64,000 nt of DNA from Octopus bimaculoides (Eukaryota). The DNA lies in assembly GCF_001194135.2 (NCBI RefSeq), contig NC_068981.1, positions 144,078,552-144,142,551 on the forward strand. Direction: 5' to 3'. Positions 39,505-64,000 of this stretch are shown here, one piece after another (position 1 is the first letter of the stretch; every line of letters starts with the position of its first letter). The translations under genes were made by a program, and so were the position numbers. The notes under the pieces were generated by a model. It did not search any database. It was not told where the DNA came from and saw nothing but the letters and a program-made list of their open reading frames with translations.

Positions 39505-39930
39505 ATTATTAACGCGACAAACTGGACGAGATGCTTAGCGGTATTTCGCCCGTCGCTACGTTCTGAGTTCAAATTCCGTCGAGGTCGACTTTGCCTTTCA
39601 TCCTTTCGAGGTCGTAAAATGCATTAACTTGTTGTGTACGGGGGTTCATGTAATCGACTATCTCCCTCCCTCAAAATTTCGGACCTTGTGCCTTTTGTGG
39701 AAAGGATTATTATCATTATCATTATTATTGTTTGTAAGGCGGCAATCTGGCTGAATCGTTAACATGGTAGCATTTCGTCCGTCTTTGCAGTCTGAGTTAA
39801 AATGCTTCCGAAGCTGACTTTGCCTTTCATCCTTTCGTGGGCGATTAAATAAAGACCAGTTGAGCACTGGGATCGATGAAAACGACTTACTCCCTCTCCT
39901 GAAATTGCTGGCCTTGTGCCAAATTTTGAA
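39505..39930 (+). mobile_element. Tandem pair of SINE family B copies
   Basis: Two head-body-tail units separated by an ATT-rich spacer. Confidence 0.85.
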
Positions 39931-41568
39931 ATCATTATTATTGTTCGTATTTGGTAAGATGTATGCTATTGTTCGCCGAAAGAGTGGCTACTCATGCATT
40001 TGCTTTATCACTTTGGGTTTCCGCTGGGTAGTTGGATTATAAGTTTAGGAGATGATTGTTTCTACAGGCTGAAACTTCTGAAGGTGTCTGTAGTTTCCTA
40101 AACCCGTCGGCTCTGCAACTGCTCCGGTACCATCACCATTTCGTTTCTTTATATTTTGTGTGTGGGAGAGAGGAACAGTCAAACATATCGATCCCGGCAC
40201 TATTTTATCGACCTTGAAAGATGGAAGATGTTGGTAACTTTCGCGGAATTTGAACTTTGAACTTGAATACAGAGGATTCTTGTCCGATGTTCAACTATAT
40301 CATCCCAGCAATTTGGTTCCGAAATTTTGTAGTAACGATGCTATCAAGGGTGGTGTAGATGAAGCCAAAACCTTTTTACCAATACGAACATGTTCTTCTG
40401 GCTGAACCTTACAACGAAGGGGTATAGCACACTTTTTAAATGCAAGAGAGATAGCTTATGATTGACTTGTTTTTCGCTCCTAAACTCGGAAAGTGTTTCC
40501 GTAGAACATATCGCCGTTCATCGGTGAAACCAAGAATCCGAGCACAGATTTCAATAATTGTCTCACTCACCACTGGACATCAGTATCAGTCAAGACCATT
40601 TCCGTACGTACAGCAGCTTCCTTTATGACAATCTTCTCCCTCAGCTCTTCCCATACAAATTAACACTCACAGGACCAGTTACCACGTTCAATGCACGTCT
40701 TATTCGGTCTATCTTTCGGAATTAGAGAAATATTTGCCAACAGAGCTCACAGCTCCCATCACATTTTTTACTCCTTTACATTACTCTAACGACTACTCTC
40801 ATTACAACCACAGCCAACATTGTCGTCCAAGCATCAGAAACTAAACCACATCGGGTGAGTCGGTAGAGCATAGTATGTGTACTTCGTGACATGGATGCAC
40901 CGACTGCTATTTCTAACGTCAGAAGTGCGGGATCTCTGAAAATTCTTTTGATGATCTCCATATTTTTATTTATCTTTTGTTTGTTTGATTCTACCTTAAT
41001 AAAAACCTAAATATCACTTCCAAAGTGATATATTGGGTGTCATTAACCGTTATTAAGTAGCATTTATATCTTTACTATACCATTCTTTAAAACTCTGGAC
41101 CATTCTTGAAGATTTGAAAAATTTCTGAAGTTTGAAAAATTCTGCAGTAAGAAAGAATCACATTACCAGTATCCAAGTCCAACTACTTCAGATTCCCGAC
41201 GTTATCGATTCAATCAGTACGTTAACAGTTGTTGCATGGAGAGGATTTCAGCTTGTGCATCACTCTTCACTGGCTTCGTACATGGTCAGAACGAATCTCC
41301 ACCTGGCCTTCTCACAAAACGCAGGATTTGTACAAAAAGTTCCATCTGATCGATGATTTCAGCATTGACTCTAATGAACTTCGAGACACTGTGACTAAAA
41401 TTAGTTTAACCCCACAAGCTCCATTATAAACCTGTCTCAAATACTTTCTGAAGTTCGTCCCTTAGTCTTTTTTTTTTCTTTTTACTTCACCTGACATTGA
41501 GTTTATAGTAGTTCATAACCCCCTTCCAGATTAAACTGATAACTAGGTAATTAGCTCAACACGGTAGA

Positions 41569-41933
41569 GGCGCAATGGCCCAGTGGTTAGGACAGCGGAC
41601 TCGCGATTTCGATTCCCAGACCGGGCGTTGTGAGTGTTTATTGGGCGAAAACACCTAAAGCTCCACGAGGCTCTGGCAGGGGATGGTGGCGAACCCTGCT
41701 GTACTCTTCCACCACAACTTTCTCTCACTCTTACTTCCTGTTTCTGTTGTGCCTGTAATTCAAAGGGTCAGCCTTGTCACACTGTGCCACGCTGAATATC
41801 CCCGAGAACTACGTTAAGGCTACACGTGACTGTGGAGTGCTCACACTTGCACGTTAATTTCACGAGCAGGCTGTTCCGATGATCGGATCAGCTGGAACCT
41901 TCGACGTCGTAAGCGACGGAGTGAGAACAACAA
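41569..41933 (+). mobile_element. tRNA-derived SINE family C
   Basis: GGCGCAATGGCCCAGTGGTTAGG A box and TTTCGATTCCC B box with the intervening arm shortened. About 300-nt body, AACAACAA tail. Confidence 0.7.
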
Positions 41934-43018
41934 GCTTAACACGACTGAAACTAACATCAATAGTTAGCTACCATGCATAAGTTTTACTATTAACATTCTC
42001 TGTTCAACAAGCTATCGTACAGCCACTCACTCTTCAGTTATGTCTAGTTAATATTGTAAAGCTGTGTTCAAATATCACCACAATACAGAATTAACTAACA
42101 ATTTCTTTATTAGTTAGATAATCCACATGACAATCGGATAAAGTCACCCGACCATTCCTTTGTTATCAGCCCTATTCCACTACTATATCATTCACTGCAT
42201 CGCTGGGACGCATCTCTACACAACAGTGGAGTGATCCCCCACCCCCCAAAATGGTCTAATCTAACGCTAAGTTTTACGAAACAGCAGGATCTCTTTGATA
42301 CATTTCCTCAACTTAGCATTCATTGTTGGATCAGCTTATTCTTCAATCTAAAATCAAGTAGATATAAGATAGAAAGAGAAAATCAAAACCAATCTATGGT
42401 TTTATCTTTAGGTTAAAACGAGGTATATTTTACTTGCTCAGCTATGTCCAGTAAACTGATGTTTACATTAATAAACGTCGTGATCCCTTTTTATTTCTCC
42501 TTCTTAGAGACACCTGTACACACTGGCTGACATGCTGATTTTAATTTCCTAAGTAACTAAACCATAAAGTCTCTTACATCTAATCTTACCTGTTCAACTG
42601 CTAATGTTGTTTCAGCAGTAAACACATGCTACATTGGCTCTGTCATTTAGCTTACATTTGCATAGTTTCTGGTTGTCACTACTCCATTTCGAGCGTGAAT
42701 GGGAAACCTGCAAAGTGCAATACCTTTCTGGAAGAAGCCTGGATTTTGTTTAATACATTTATGTATTAAATTCTTCCATGTTCATTAACACGATTTAAAT
42801 TTATATTTCGAAGTTGAGTAATAATGATAATACATACATGTCCACAATAAAAAGCATTACATTTTTCTAGATTATTTAATTAAATATAAAAATGTTCCCC
42901 ATCTTTTGTCCATTATACACCTGTACCAGAGTTCTCACTAACCCCAAGGTGTCAGGCAAGAACCAAATTATAATACATCTGCTCAAATATAAACTGCCTT
43001 GATAAATGATTAATCTAC

Positions 43019-43352
43019 ATTATTTACATTCGACGGATATTTGTTCTCATCTTGTTTGTTGTTAACACGTTTTGGCTGATATACCCTCCAGCCTTCTTCA
43101 GGTGTCTTGGGGAAAATTTAACCCCTACGCCATATGGCGTAGTAGTTAAGAGAGCGGGCTACTAACTCCAAGATTCCGAGTTCGATTTCAAGCAGTGACT
43201 GAACAATAATAACATTGAAAAATACCTTAGGAATGAGAACCCAGGTTTGAAATTTCCTCAAGACACCCAAGGAAGACTAGAGGGTATATCAGCCAAAACG
43301 TTGTGTTAACATCAAACAAGATGAGGAAAAATATCCGTCGAATGTAAATAAT
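43019..43352. mobile_element. Fold-back (head-to-head) tRNA-derived SINE pair with hammerhead-like tail
   Basis: About 100-bp imperfect inverted arms (43019-43117 and 43250-43352). Central 18-bp palindrome CTACGCCATATGGCGTAG (43125-43142). A-box-like TGGCGTAGTAGTT and B-box-like GAGTTCGATTTC on +. Confidence 0.75.
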
Positions 43353-46300
43353 TCGTCATCTCAATTATAGAACTGTAAATGATTAACCTATAAATAAAAA
43401 ATAAATAAATATTTTTAAAATGGAGGACATCTGAGATCCCATTACAGTCTATACCAGGTATAGGTAACCAATTTTGAGAAGCAAGTTGCATGATATGAGC
43501 TCATCAGGCAGGCCACACAGCCAAGACCATTGAAAATAATTTGTTGGCAATGTCATTTACAGAACTTGCAAAGTTTGCCCGTAACTGGTTTATACCATAT
43601 TTGAAAGTAAACTTTGACATTTAGCCAAGCCCTCAGTGTTGCATCTCGAATTCATGGATCAAACTATTGCTAGAATCATTCATACATCAGACATTTCTTT
43701 TACAGGCCTTGTGTCTATAGCAGAAACAAGTACTTTCATCAACTCTGGAAAGCTAAGCCAAAACCAAAATGCAGGAGTAAACTAAAGCCATTTGCTCCAG
43801 TACTTGAATGTATATCAATTCTGTATATTCATATCTTATCTGTTACTGTTTATCATTAGACTGAGGCCATGCTGGGGCACTGCACTGAAGAATTTTAGTC
43901 AAACAAATCAACATCCATCTCTTTTGCTGACCTGCTAAGTCACGAGGATGTAAACACACTAACACTGGTTGTCAAGCAGTGGTGTAGGACAAACACAGAT
44001 ACACAAGACAGGGTTCTTTCAGTTTCCATCTACCAAATCCACTCAAGACTTTGATCAGCCCAAGGATATAGCATAAGGGACTGAATCCAGAATCATGTGG
44101 TTGGGGAGCAAACTTCGAACCACATAGCCACACCTATATATCTCAATTTCTTCCACTGAACTTGTTCAACCTCAGCCAAATCTTCACATTTAAAAAAAGA
44201 CATAACACATTACTCTGATAATATACAATTTATTTTTTATACAAAAGAATTAAATGATTGATGATATGCATTTTCAATACTTGACTTCATTCTTAGAGAT
44301 GCCCCAAAATGAATTTCAAAACAATGAAAGTTAATTATTAAATTACAAAAAAAAAAAAAAATCTTAGCTCAGCCGAAACTGGTATGATTAGAACAGAATT
44401 TTTTGAAAAGCCTTCTAAATTGAACAAGTTATTTTTAAAAGAATAGAAGCAACTGGGAGATAGGAACAGATATAAAATCTATATGCTAGACATATATAAC
44501 AACTAATACTTTATTCCATAAAACTTTGGAATAACAAGTTCAAAAGGCCATAATGTAACCAGTTTGTAATACTTGTCTAATAACAAGGCAATATGGATAA
44601 ACAGCAGATCAGTAAACAAAGACTAGTTCTTGCCAGCAGCAACAAGTTTTATGAAAGAGAATAATTTTCATTAGAAATAACCTGCCGATAAGAATCTCAA
44701 TACACAATTTCAAAAATAATTGAAAATAGGAAGATTCACCATCTTAATATTGCCAATGTTATTTGGGGATAAGTGAAACTCTGTCAGATAAATCCTGGGT
44801 AAGAAGAAAGGCAGGAAGGCCATTAATGATATATAGACTCTTAAGGAGAGAGAGAGAACAAAAAAAGATCATTCATTGGTTCAGCAGAGATACAAATAAT
44901 GCTCTCTTCAGACATAACCATATACATCACACTGATAAGAAACTTGGCAGGCGTATACTATTTATCATTAGTAAAATGACAACTGACAATAATGGAACCA
45001 CTGGTAGATGAACCTTTTATTGTCAAAAGCAGTAAAACTAGCCTCATCAAGAGTGTCACTGCTCAAATCTTAAAACACCTTCATAGGTTGCAAATAAGAT
45101 GCATAAACTTCAACAGCTTATCCCAACACACAACTGAGCAAGAGGAAAGTAATTTCATTGAAGTCTAAACAGTAAATGATGCAACAGTAGGATGAGCCTC
45201 TGACAACAAATTGGTTTACCTTATGTTCTCAAAACTGTACTCAGGTACTTCAACAGGAGTAAGAGAAAATCATAGTGATTTGTTTCAAATATATTTACAG
45301 CAACGGTCCAGGAGAGTTGTGGAAGCAGATAAAATATTATTTTTGGAGGGATGTAAATTACTTTGGACATGCAGCATTTGAAACATCACACTCAGGGAAA
45401 AAGCTTTTGTTACATTACATCAACAATGAGTTAATGTAATTATACCACAAAGTTTTATTTCTTTGATCAAAAGATCACCAGTAAACAATCTATCAGCCCC
45501 ACTATCATAATTTGATAATCCCTTCTTAACATCCAATAAATACTGAATTAAAGGCAGTAAAATACATATCTTCAACATTGCTGTAAAATAACCAATCAGT
45601 TATTGCTTATTTTTTGTATTAAGTAAGCAATCAAGTTCTAAATTTCTCAGTCTGGTTGAACTACAATAAATACAGTTAAAACATTCATTTGATATTTATT
45701 GATCACAAATCAACTATAACAATATTTAGAAATCCAAAACGAAAAAAAAAAAAANNNNNNNNNNNNNNNNNNNNNNNNNNNNNNNNNNNNNNNNNNNNNN
45801 NNNNNNNNNNNNNNNNNNNNNNNNNNNNNNNNNNNNNNNNNNNNNNNNNNNNNNNNNNNNNNNNNNNNNNNNNNNNNNNNNNNNNNNNNNNNNNNNNNNN
45901 NNNNNNNNNNNNNNNNNNNNNNNNNNNNNNNNNNNNNNNNNNNNNNNNNNNNNNNNNNNNNNNNNNNNNNNNNNNNNNNNNNNNNNNNNNNNNNNNNNNN
46001 NNNNNNNNNNNNNNNNNNNNNNNNNNNNNNNNNNNNNNNNNNNNNNNNNNNNNNNNNNNNNNNNNNNNNNNNNNNNNNNNNNNNNNNNNNNNNNNNNNNN
46101 NNNNNNNNNNNNNNNNNNNNNNAGAACAAAAAAAAAAAAAAACCCCATTTAAGCCCAAGATATTTCTGGTTACCCCCACAAAACCAGTTTAGTTTCTCAA
46201 CACATATGCAACAAACAGCCCTGTAAAAATACCAGCATTAACTTTTGGAATTTAGAACAGTACATAAAACATACATGTATACAATCTATGTATATGGTCA

Positions 46301-47370
46301 TTCATAATGGATATCTCTGAGGTGAGCAGTACAGAATATGAAAACCAGGACTGTTTCTAATGTAGGCACAAAGCCAGCAGTTTTTGTGAGGTGGTGGTTA
46401 GTCAATGCTATTGATCCCAGTACATGCCTTCAGGAACTTTATTTTATCAACTTACAAAAAAAAGGAAAGACAAAGTTGACCTGAGAATGTCAAAATATAG
46501 TGAGTTATTGATTAAGATGGTATCGACTAAGACCCTCACTTCTCAAAGCTGGATGTGTGCTCAAATTAAAAAAAACAAACAAAATAAACAACTCTGAACA
46601 AGAACTTTAATTTGTAGCACCATGAAAATAGTTCATTAACACCACCAAAACTATATACCATTTCAATGGCATCAGATAATTAACTACAAAAGTAGATAAA
46701 ATTAACGTGCCCAGCAGAATTAAGCTTAAAATGAGCAACCTTTTACATTCAGGACTACAAGTATCTCTATCTTAGCTATGACAGCAGCATGGCCTCTATC
46801 CCAAATATAACAACCGGAGCCATATACACAAGTCATTGTCAACTGAAGTAATGGTCAGTTATGACCATATTTCATAAGATGGTCAAAGCTGAACAATATT
46901 CGCTCAAGCCAAACAGATTTCACTTTGAACACCAATCTGTTAAATGCATTCGACACTAGATGCTAAAGGGGCCAGTGTCTCTTGGGCAATGATGGGTTTC
47001 TTCAATGGAATTCCATGATTTAATTATGACATTGCATATATACAACTGGTTTATGCCCACCCATCCTAACAGTTATCCTATCTCAACAGAAGCAATAAAC
47101 TGAGAGTTGTTAGAGAACTCAATAGATCATTAACTTGAAAGCGTTTCAGAGAATTGTGAATAAATAAATATACAAACAACTTAAGAGAAACAATCAGTTT
47201 AACAGTTGCTACCATTAGATCTATGTATAAGAAAGATATATTGTACTTACTATGAACAGTTGGGAACGATTGTATGGGGGAAAGAAAAAAAAAAAATCAC
47301 ACCTGACAAATGTTTTATACATCATGAATCAATTTATGTGAATCAATGAAATGTCTAAGTAACTGCATTA

Positions 47371-59216
<11,846 letters not shown>

Positions 59217-60262
59217 AAAGGAAAAATCAGAATGTAACTAGTTGAACATTTATTCTTATCACCCAGCTGTGTAATTTAACAAATACAAGTGTTTAGATTC
59301 ACACATACATATATTTATCTATGTATAAGTAAATATAAGAATCACAATTTTTACTTGATTTCACGGTCCCTAAAATTTTAACAGTATAAAAGCTCAGTGA
59401 GTTAATTTGGTATGAAGAGAACAACATGTCTTTACACACACAGTCAGGTCACTCACAAGTGCTACTGGCAACATAGTCTGGTACAACCTACTTATTGCAT
59501 GATCAGGTTGTCAACAAAGAAGGACCTGCCTGGCAAGGAGAGTTGCAAGAAATTCATCAACTCGAAAGCTATATATATTAAAAAAGAAATAGATGTACCT
59601 AGTGCAGGGGACCATCAATAACACAATTACTTGAAACTTCCAGTTTGGAGTCTGCCATGGCGAAAGAACACTAAGAGTGGAGCAGCCTTTGGCTTTCATT
59701 AAAGAAAGCCTTTAAACCCTTTAGCATTTAAACCAACCACATCTAGCCCAAATATTCAACAAGTTTTATGCTGAAAATGACCAGATCTTGCCTCTCACAC
59801 ATACCCAACATTGTTTTACAAAACATAAACAGTCACATCATTGAAATCTGAAAGCTACAAGACAGTACATGAATAATTCAAACTAACATGAATACATAAG
59901 GATTATAGTTAACAGAATAATATGAATGCTTAAGGGTTAAGAAGGCACCACTGTGTTCACAGCTACACGAGCAGTATAACTGGGTAGGAAGATGATCTGG
60001 GCTCAGCAGCCTTGGAAGGCAGCCAGACCAGAAGATCAACTCTTGAGCATGTGAGTGTCTGCAAAGAGGAGTCAATACTGACAGTAAACCAGAACTTTGC
60101 ACCTCCATCAACACCACCAGACTCTATCCACCCCAAAGACAGTTTGAAGGTGTGCAACAAATGGGTTTTCAGTCATGAAAAGGAGAATATCTACCTACAT
60201 ATAAATCCACACACACATTTTCCGAAATCATAAAAGCATGCAGGCAACAAAACAAAAGAAAA

Positions 60263-60393
60263 ATATGTCACAAAATTTATGCCTTCACTGTTACAAAGAA
60301 ACAATGAAGGAAAGTGATAGTGTATTTCTGTAGCAACAAACAATTATTCCAGAGAGAAAAACTCAAGAAATATACATAAAAAACTGTTGCAAT
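60263..60393 (-). ncRNA. Box H/ACA snoRNA candidate, copy 2
   Basis: 100/103 nt identical to copy 1 over the core. H box 60331-60326, ACA 60268-60266. The 3' upper stem is fully paired for 11 bp (CCUUCAUUGUU/AACAGUGAAGG, one G-U). Confidence 0.85.
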
Positions 60394-61710
60394 AAGTGGG
60401 TGGAGGGTGAAAAATTACTAGCTGAATACATTAAAACCTGCTTAGATTCACATATATAAACACAATATACAAAACCCATTTTTCACTTCACATTCACTAG
60501 AATTTTCAAATTAAACAAATATACATAACAAAATTTGCCTTTTTCTGCTGTAGTCCATGCTCAGTTAAAGGGGTTAAGTCTTGTGAAGTGCACTATAACT
60601 TCACAAGTGCTGGTACCACAAAAAGAAAAAAAAAAGCCATCATTCTATAAAGTGAGTGGATTATGAAATAAAGTAGTAGCTATGGCAAAGGAGACATGAT
60701 GCAGTCCTTGGTCCTGCCAGATCCCATCAAACCATGCCAGTTGAGAACATGGAGGTTAAAATATGATACTTACAAATACTACTGTTACATGAAAGTCAAT
60801 GACTATCAGTGGCACAAGAACATAGAACTTTTGAATTGGGATCCAACAGGCTATGTAAGACCACTGAAGTGAAGCAACCCATATCACTTGTCAAAGAATG
60901 TCTCTAAAAGGAGACACTACTTTGTACAGTCAAACTGATATAGCTGTTAGTTAAACTGGGCTTGGTAGCTCAGGAAGACAAAAATGAACTTCAGAAATGC
61001 AACCACATGTGGATTGTTGGTGATTTTTCCTTAATTCTTTGAACTTTCCTCTTTCCAACAAAGAACTATGCTTGAAATGTTAACAACTCTCCTTTCACCA
61101 AGTGCACATCTTCACATTTGCTTTTCTTTTTTCTTTTAATGACTCATTCTTCGAATTGACTAAGAGAAGACAAACTAGTACAAGCCCTCATTGCCTGTTA
61201 GTGCCTGCCAAGAGATAGACAGCTAAGGGAGCCAATCCCTTAGGGTAAATTGAGTCAGAAGAGAAATGCCCATGCCAATCTCACTCCGACTCCACCTTCA
61301 GGCTCTATTCATTCCAAAGAAAGCTGAAAGATTCAATGAATGGATTGTGCCAGAGGACTCTAACCCCGAGCCATAACAATAGGAATATTCATTTACTTTT
61401 TAAAATAAGTGTACTTATAAAAGCTAAGTAAAAGAAGTTAGTACCAGGAAGTGCATTCAGCTGTAAGCTACCTAAAACAGTCCCGCTTAACCAGTGCCAG
61501 CATGAAGAAGCATGTGTCAATGATTATTATTCATATCACAAACTAATTAAGAATTGACATGAGAAACGTGAGGAGAGCCAGCAAGAATTAATGTGAAAAG
61601 TGTTGGATCGGTGCAATGGAAGATGAGAATGCTAACTTTGTGACTTAGTCAGGGGAGATAGAGGATAAGTGACAATATAAGCAAAGGAGGGAGCAGGAGA
61701 TCACTTAACT

Positions 61711-61978
61711 CGGGGGTTTTCAAACTTTTTGACTTGCGGAACCCCTTTATATTTCAGGCTTTACCTTAGGGACCCCCTTATAAACGCTTATGAAATTTAT
61801 ACATAAATATTTGCTTAAAATAACATATTTTTACATTTATTTATTTAACAGTATTTAACAAGGTTTAATGTCAATTAAAAAATTTCGATTAAAAAACATA
61901 TAAAATCAAATTGCCCATAAAAAGCATTTGCTGTCCACAGACCCCCTGTGGTCCGCGAAACCAGTTTGAAAACCCCTG
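61711..61978. mobile_element. Non-autonomous hAT element (MITE)
   Basis: TIRs CGGGGGTTTTCAAACT / AGTTTGAAAACCCCTG (15/16). Exact 8-bp TSD ACTTAACT at 61703-61710 and 61979-61986. Confidence 0.92.
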
Positions 61979-62916
61979 ACTTAACTGCAACCCAAGTCTA
62001 CTAATCACAAAGTAGAGTTCTTTGCATCATACAAGACCCAGTCACTTTACTGAAATGCAGGATAATTAGTATGCATTAGCATATCTAAATGAATACAATT
62101 AACACAAGAAAACCAACAAAAAAATTTTGAAGTGGAGGCACATTATTCACATCACAAACTTATGAGGAAAAGGTTGAATGCCACAGCTTGTTCTATCTAT
62201 TCAGACTATAAATTAACCGTGGGAAATGGTGGAGATCAAAATGAACCTTTCTGATACATCTAGCTCAATAATAAAGAAATTAAGTTCTACTTTCTACACA
62301 CAGCAAATAAAATAAGATTAATATAGAAACCATGTGATTTGTGTCTGAGCTTTGTTCCGTTCACAAAATGAGTACAGTAAGGGAAGTCCTTATAAAAAGA
62401 AGAAGCAAATACAATATAGTGTTTTTGGTGGGAGTAGGGGACATCAACAAGTAAATGACATAGGCAGGTCACAGACATTGTTACAAGTAACTATATACTA
62501 TGCAACAAAAAGCACATCACTCATTTTATTCTAAGAAATTAGTGTTACAACAGAGTGGAAACAAAATCTTTAATATAGCAACAATGTATTTTATACAATC
62601 TGTTGTATACAATGTCTCCCATGCGTATAACTATTCAATTATAGAAATAGAATAGCAGATAAATGGGAGTGAAAGCATCAACAGAAGATGCTAAACCTCA
62701 AATAAAAGAGATTCATTATCTGTTACCAGATTAATCACCTTCAATCATCTTTCCAGACCACAACTAATACTGCCAGTCCTCAAACCAAAATCTAATTCAA
62801 TATGTTAGACATGGTTTAAAACCTTACTGCCATTCAGCTGCAATAATACATGTATTTATAAGCTTAAGATTGCAGAACTGAAGTGAGGATATCTTTCAAG
62901 TTAGAACAGTACAGAT

Positions 62917-63072
62917 CAGTGGTTCTCAACTAGGATCCATATAAGATTTTGCTGTTAAAATTTATGGGCAATAAATTGGTTATAGTTCTACAATATACAA
63001 ATTAAACATATTTTATACAACTCCTTTAGGAACCAAAGGGGTCCATAGGCAGAAAATGGTTGAGAAACACTG
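62917..63072. mobile_element. hAT-like MITE (older)
   Basis: TIRs CAGTGGTTCTCAAC / GTTGAGAAACACTG (13/14). Decayed 8-bp TSD (GTACAGAT/ATGTAGAT). A related longer copy lies at about 53535-53856. Confidence 0.75.
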
Positions 63073-64000
63073 ATGTAGATAAATATCTAACAATGCATAA
63101 CTTTTATGAAGTCATGAGAGTTGATCAATGCACCTCAGTAATTTAGTACAGCTTATTTTATAAAACGGAACAAGATTAGTTGGTTTCTATCAATCATAAT
63201 GGAGCTGCCAACAAGAACTGTTTTTAAAAGAAAAAGCCCTTCTTACTGACAACGTTATTTAAATACAGGGCTCAAATATAATAGCAAGATAGTTCTAGAT
63301 CCAGATAGAACACAGAATCCACTTCTGTACAAATTGAAACCAATGAAAAGATATGTAGAAAGAAGTCTGTCCCAAAAGTTTATGGTTTTTCAGCTGTAAC
63401 AAGGAATCCTATTCCAAGGGAACATGATCCTTTATTCAGAATATTGCCTAATTCAATGAAAGTTTATAACTGTTAAATATATTCTTAGCTATGCAACAAA
63501 AATGAATTATTACTCGACAACTTCTCGTTAGTTTGCTTCAGATTCCCATCACAGGAAAATACTAGATCCATTCTTAATTAGCAATAAAATTAAGGAAATA
63601 TTTTTAAAATAACTAGATCCAACATTTTTAAGATAAGTTGGAGCTTTTCGAAGTTTTACTTCTAAATGGAACCTTTGGGCCACCTCCGACGTCGGACAAA
63701 CCCCTTCGTTTTTTATGACCTTGCTGCTTCCAAGGTCAATTCCCTATACCCCAAAACATTTTTATCCTACATAAAAACCCAATGTCATAAACGCAAAAGA
63801 TATACAACGAAGGGCCCAGCAAAAACAACTTTAAGCTTTACGTGTCCCTGCCTACAGAAGACCAAGAGGGAAAAATTGAAGGTTTTGAAGATCATAAGCG
63901 GAATCTATGACAAAGTTATTTGAAAATACAAGGGAACACGATAAGAAACATGACAAGCAACAAGTGCGAATGAACCTAAGGAAACACTACGAGAGTAGTG

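Noticed and set aside
40330-40961. ORF with SDAWTT resembling a hAT DxWT motif
   Set aside because: Many stops and no other transposase motifs recognised.
41569-41630. tRNA genes here and at about 43130-43200 and 24150-24210
   Set aside because: A/B boxes are present but there is no complete cloverleaf or acceptor stem; these are SINE heads.
5504-46192. Long ORFs made of X runs (5504, 9997, 18259-19460, 24736-25774, 38727-39176, 45689-46192)
   Set aside because: They span N-gaps (4585-4661, 5511-6070, 10155-10670, 15258-15526, 18592-19377, 24769-25728, 38995-39083, 45755-46122) and are artefacts.

Overview
Eukaryotic genomic DNA with nine N-gaps. It is AT-rich and packed with microsatellites, tRNA-derived SINEs and non-LTR retrotransposon remnants. 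The repeat content and style suggest a coleoid cephalopod, probably Octopus (inference). The one well-supported protein-coding gene is mitochondrial chaperonin HSP60 (HSPD1) on the minus strand: 11 coding exons between 58970 and 47371, 1731 nt, 576 aa. All junctions are GT-AG and in frame. Its 5' non-coding exon and promoter appear to lie beyond 64000. The main unannotated signals are RNA-level. (1) Three box H/ACA snoRNA candidates sit in HSP60 introns: a tandem pair in the 5'-UTR intron whose cores are about 97% identical while the flanks have decayed, and a third in a downstream intron, with predicted guides to conserved 28S and 5.8S pseudouridine sites. (2) A minimal type I hammerhead ribozyme with a palindromic stem III lies at the window start. 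(3) A fold-back tRNA-headed SINE has a tail that is a decayed hammerhead, suggesting Penelope-like mobilisation. Also present: eight R4/Dong-like (RLE) retrotransposon fragments oriented with (TAA)n on their sense strand, hAT MITEs with exact 8-bp TSDs, and a CpG-depleted domain over the gene. Most ORFs in the supplied track are microsatellite or N-gap artefacts. No CRISPR, rRNA or intact tRNA gene was found.
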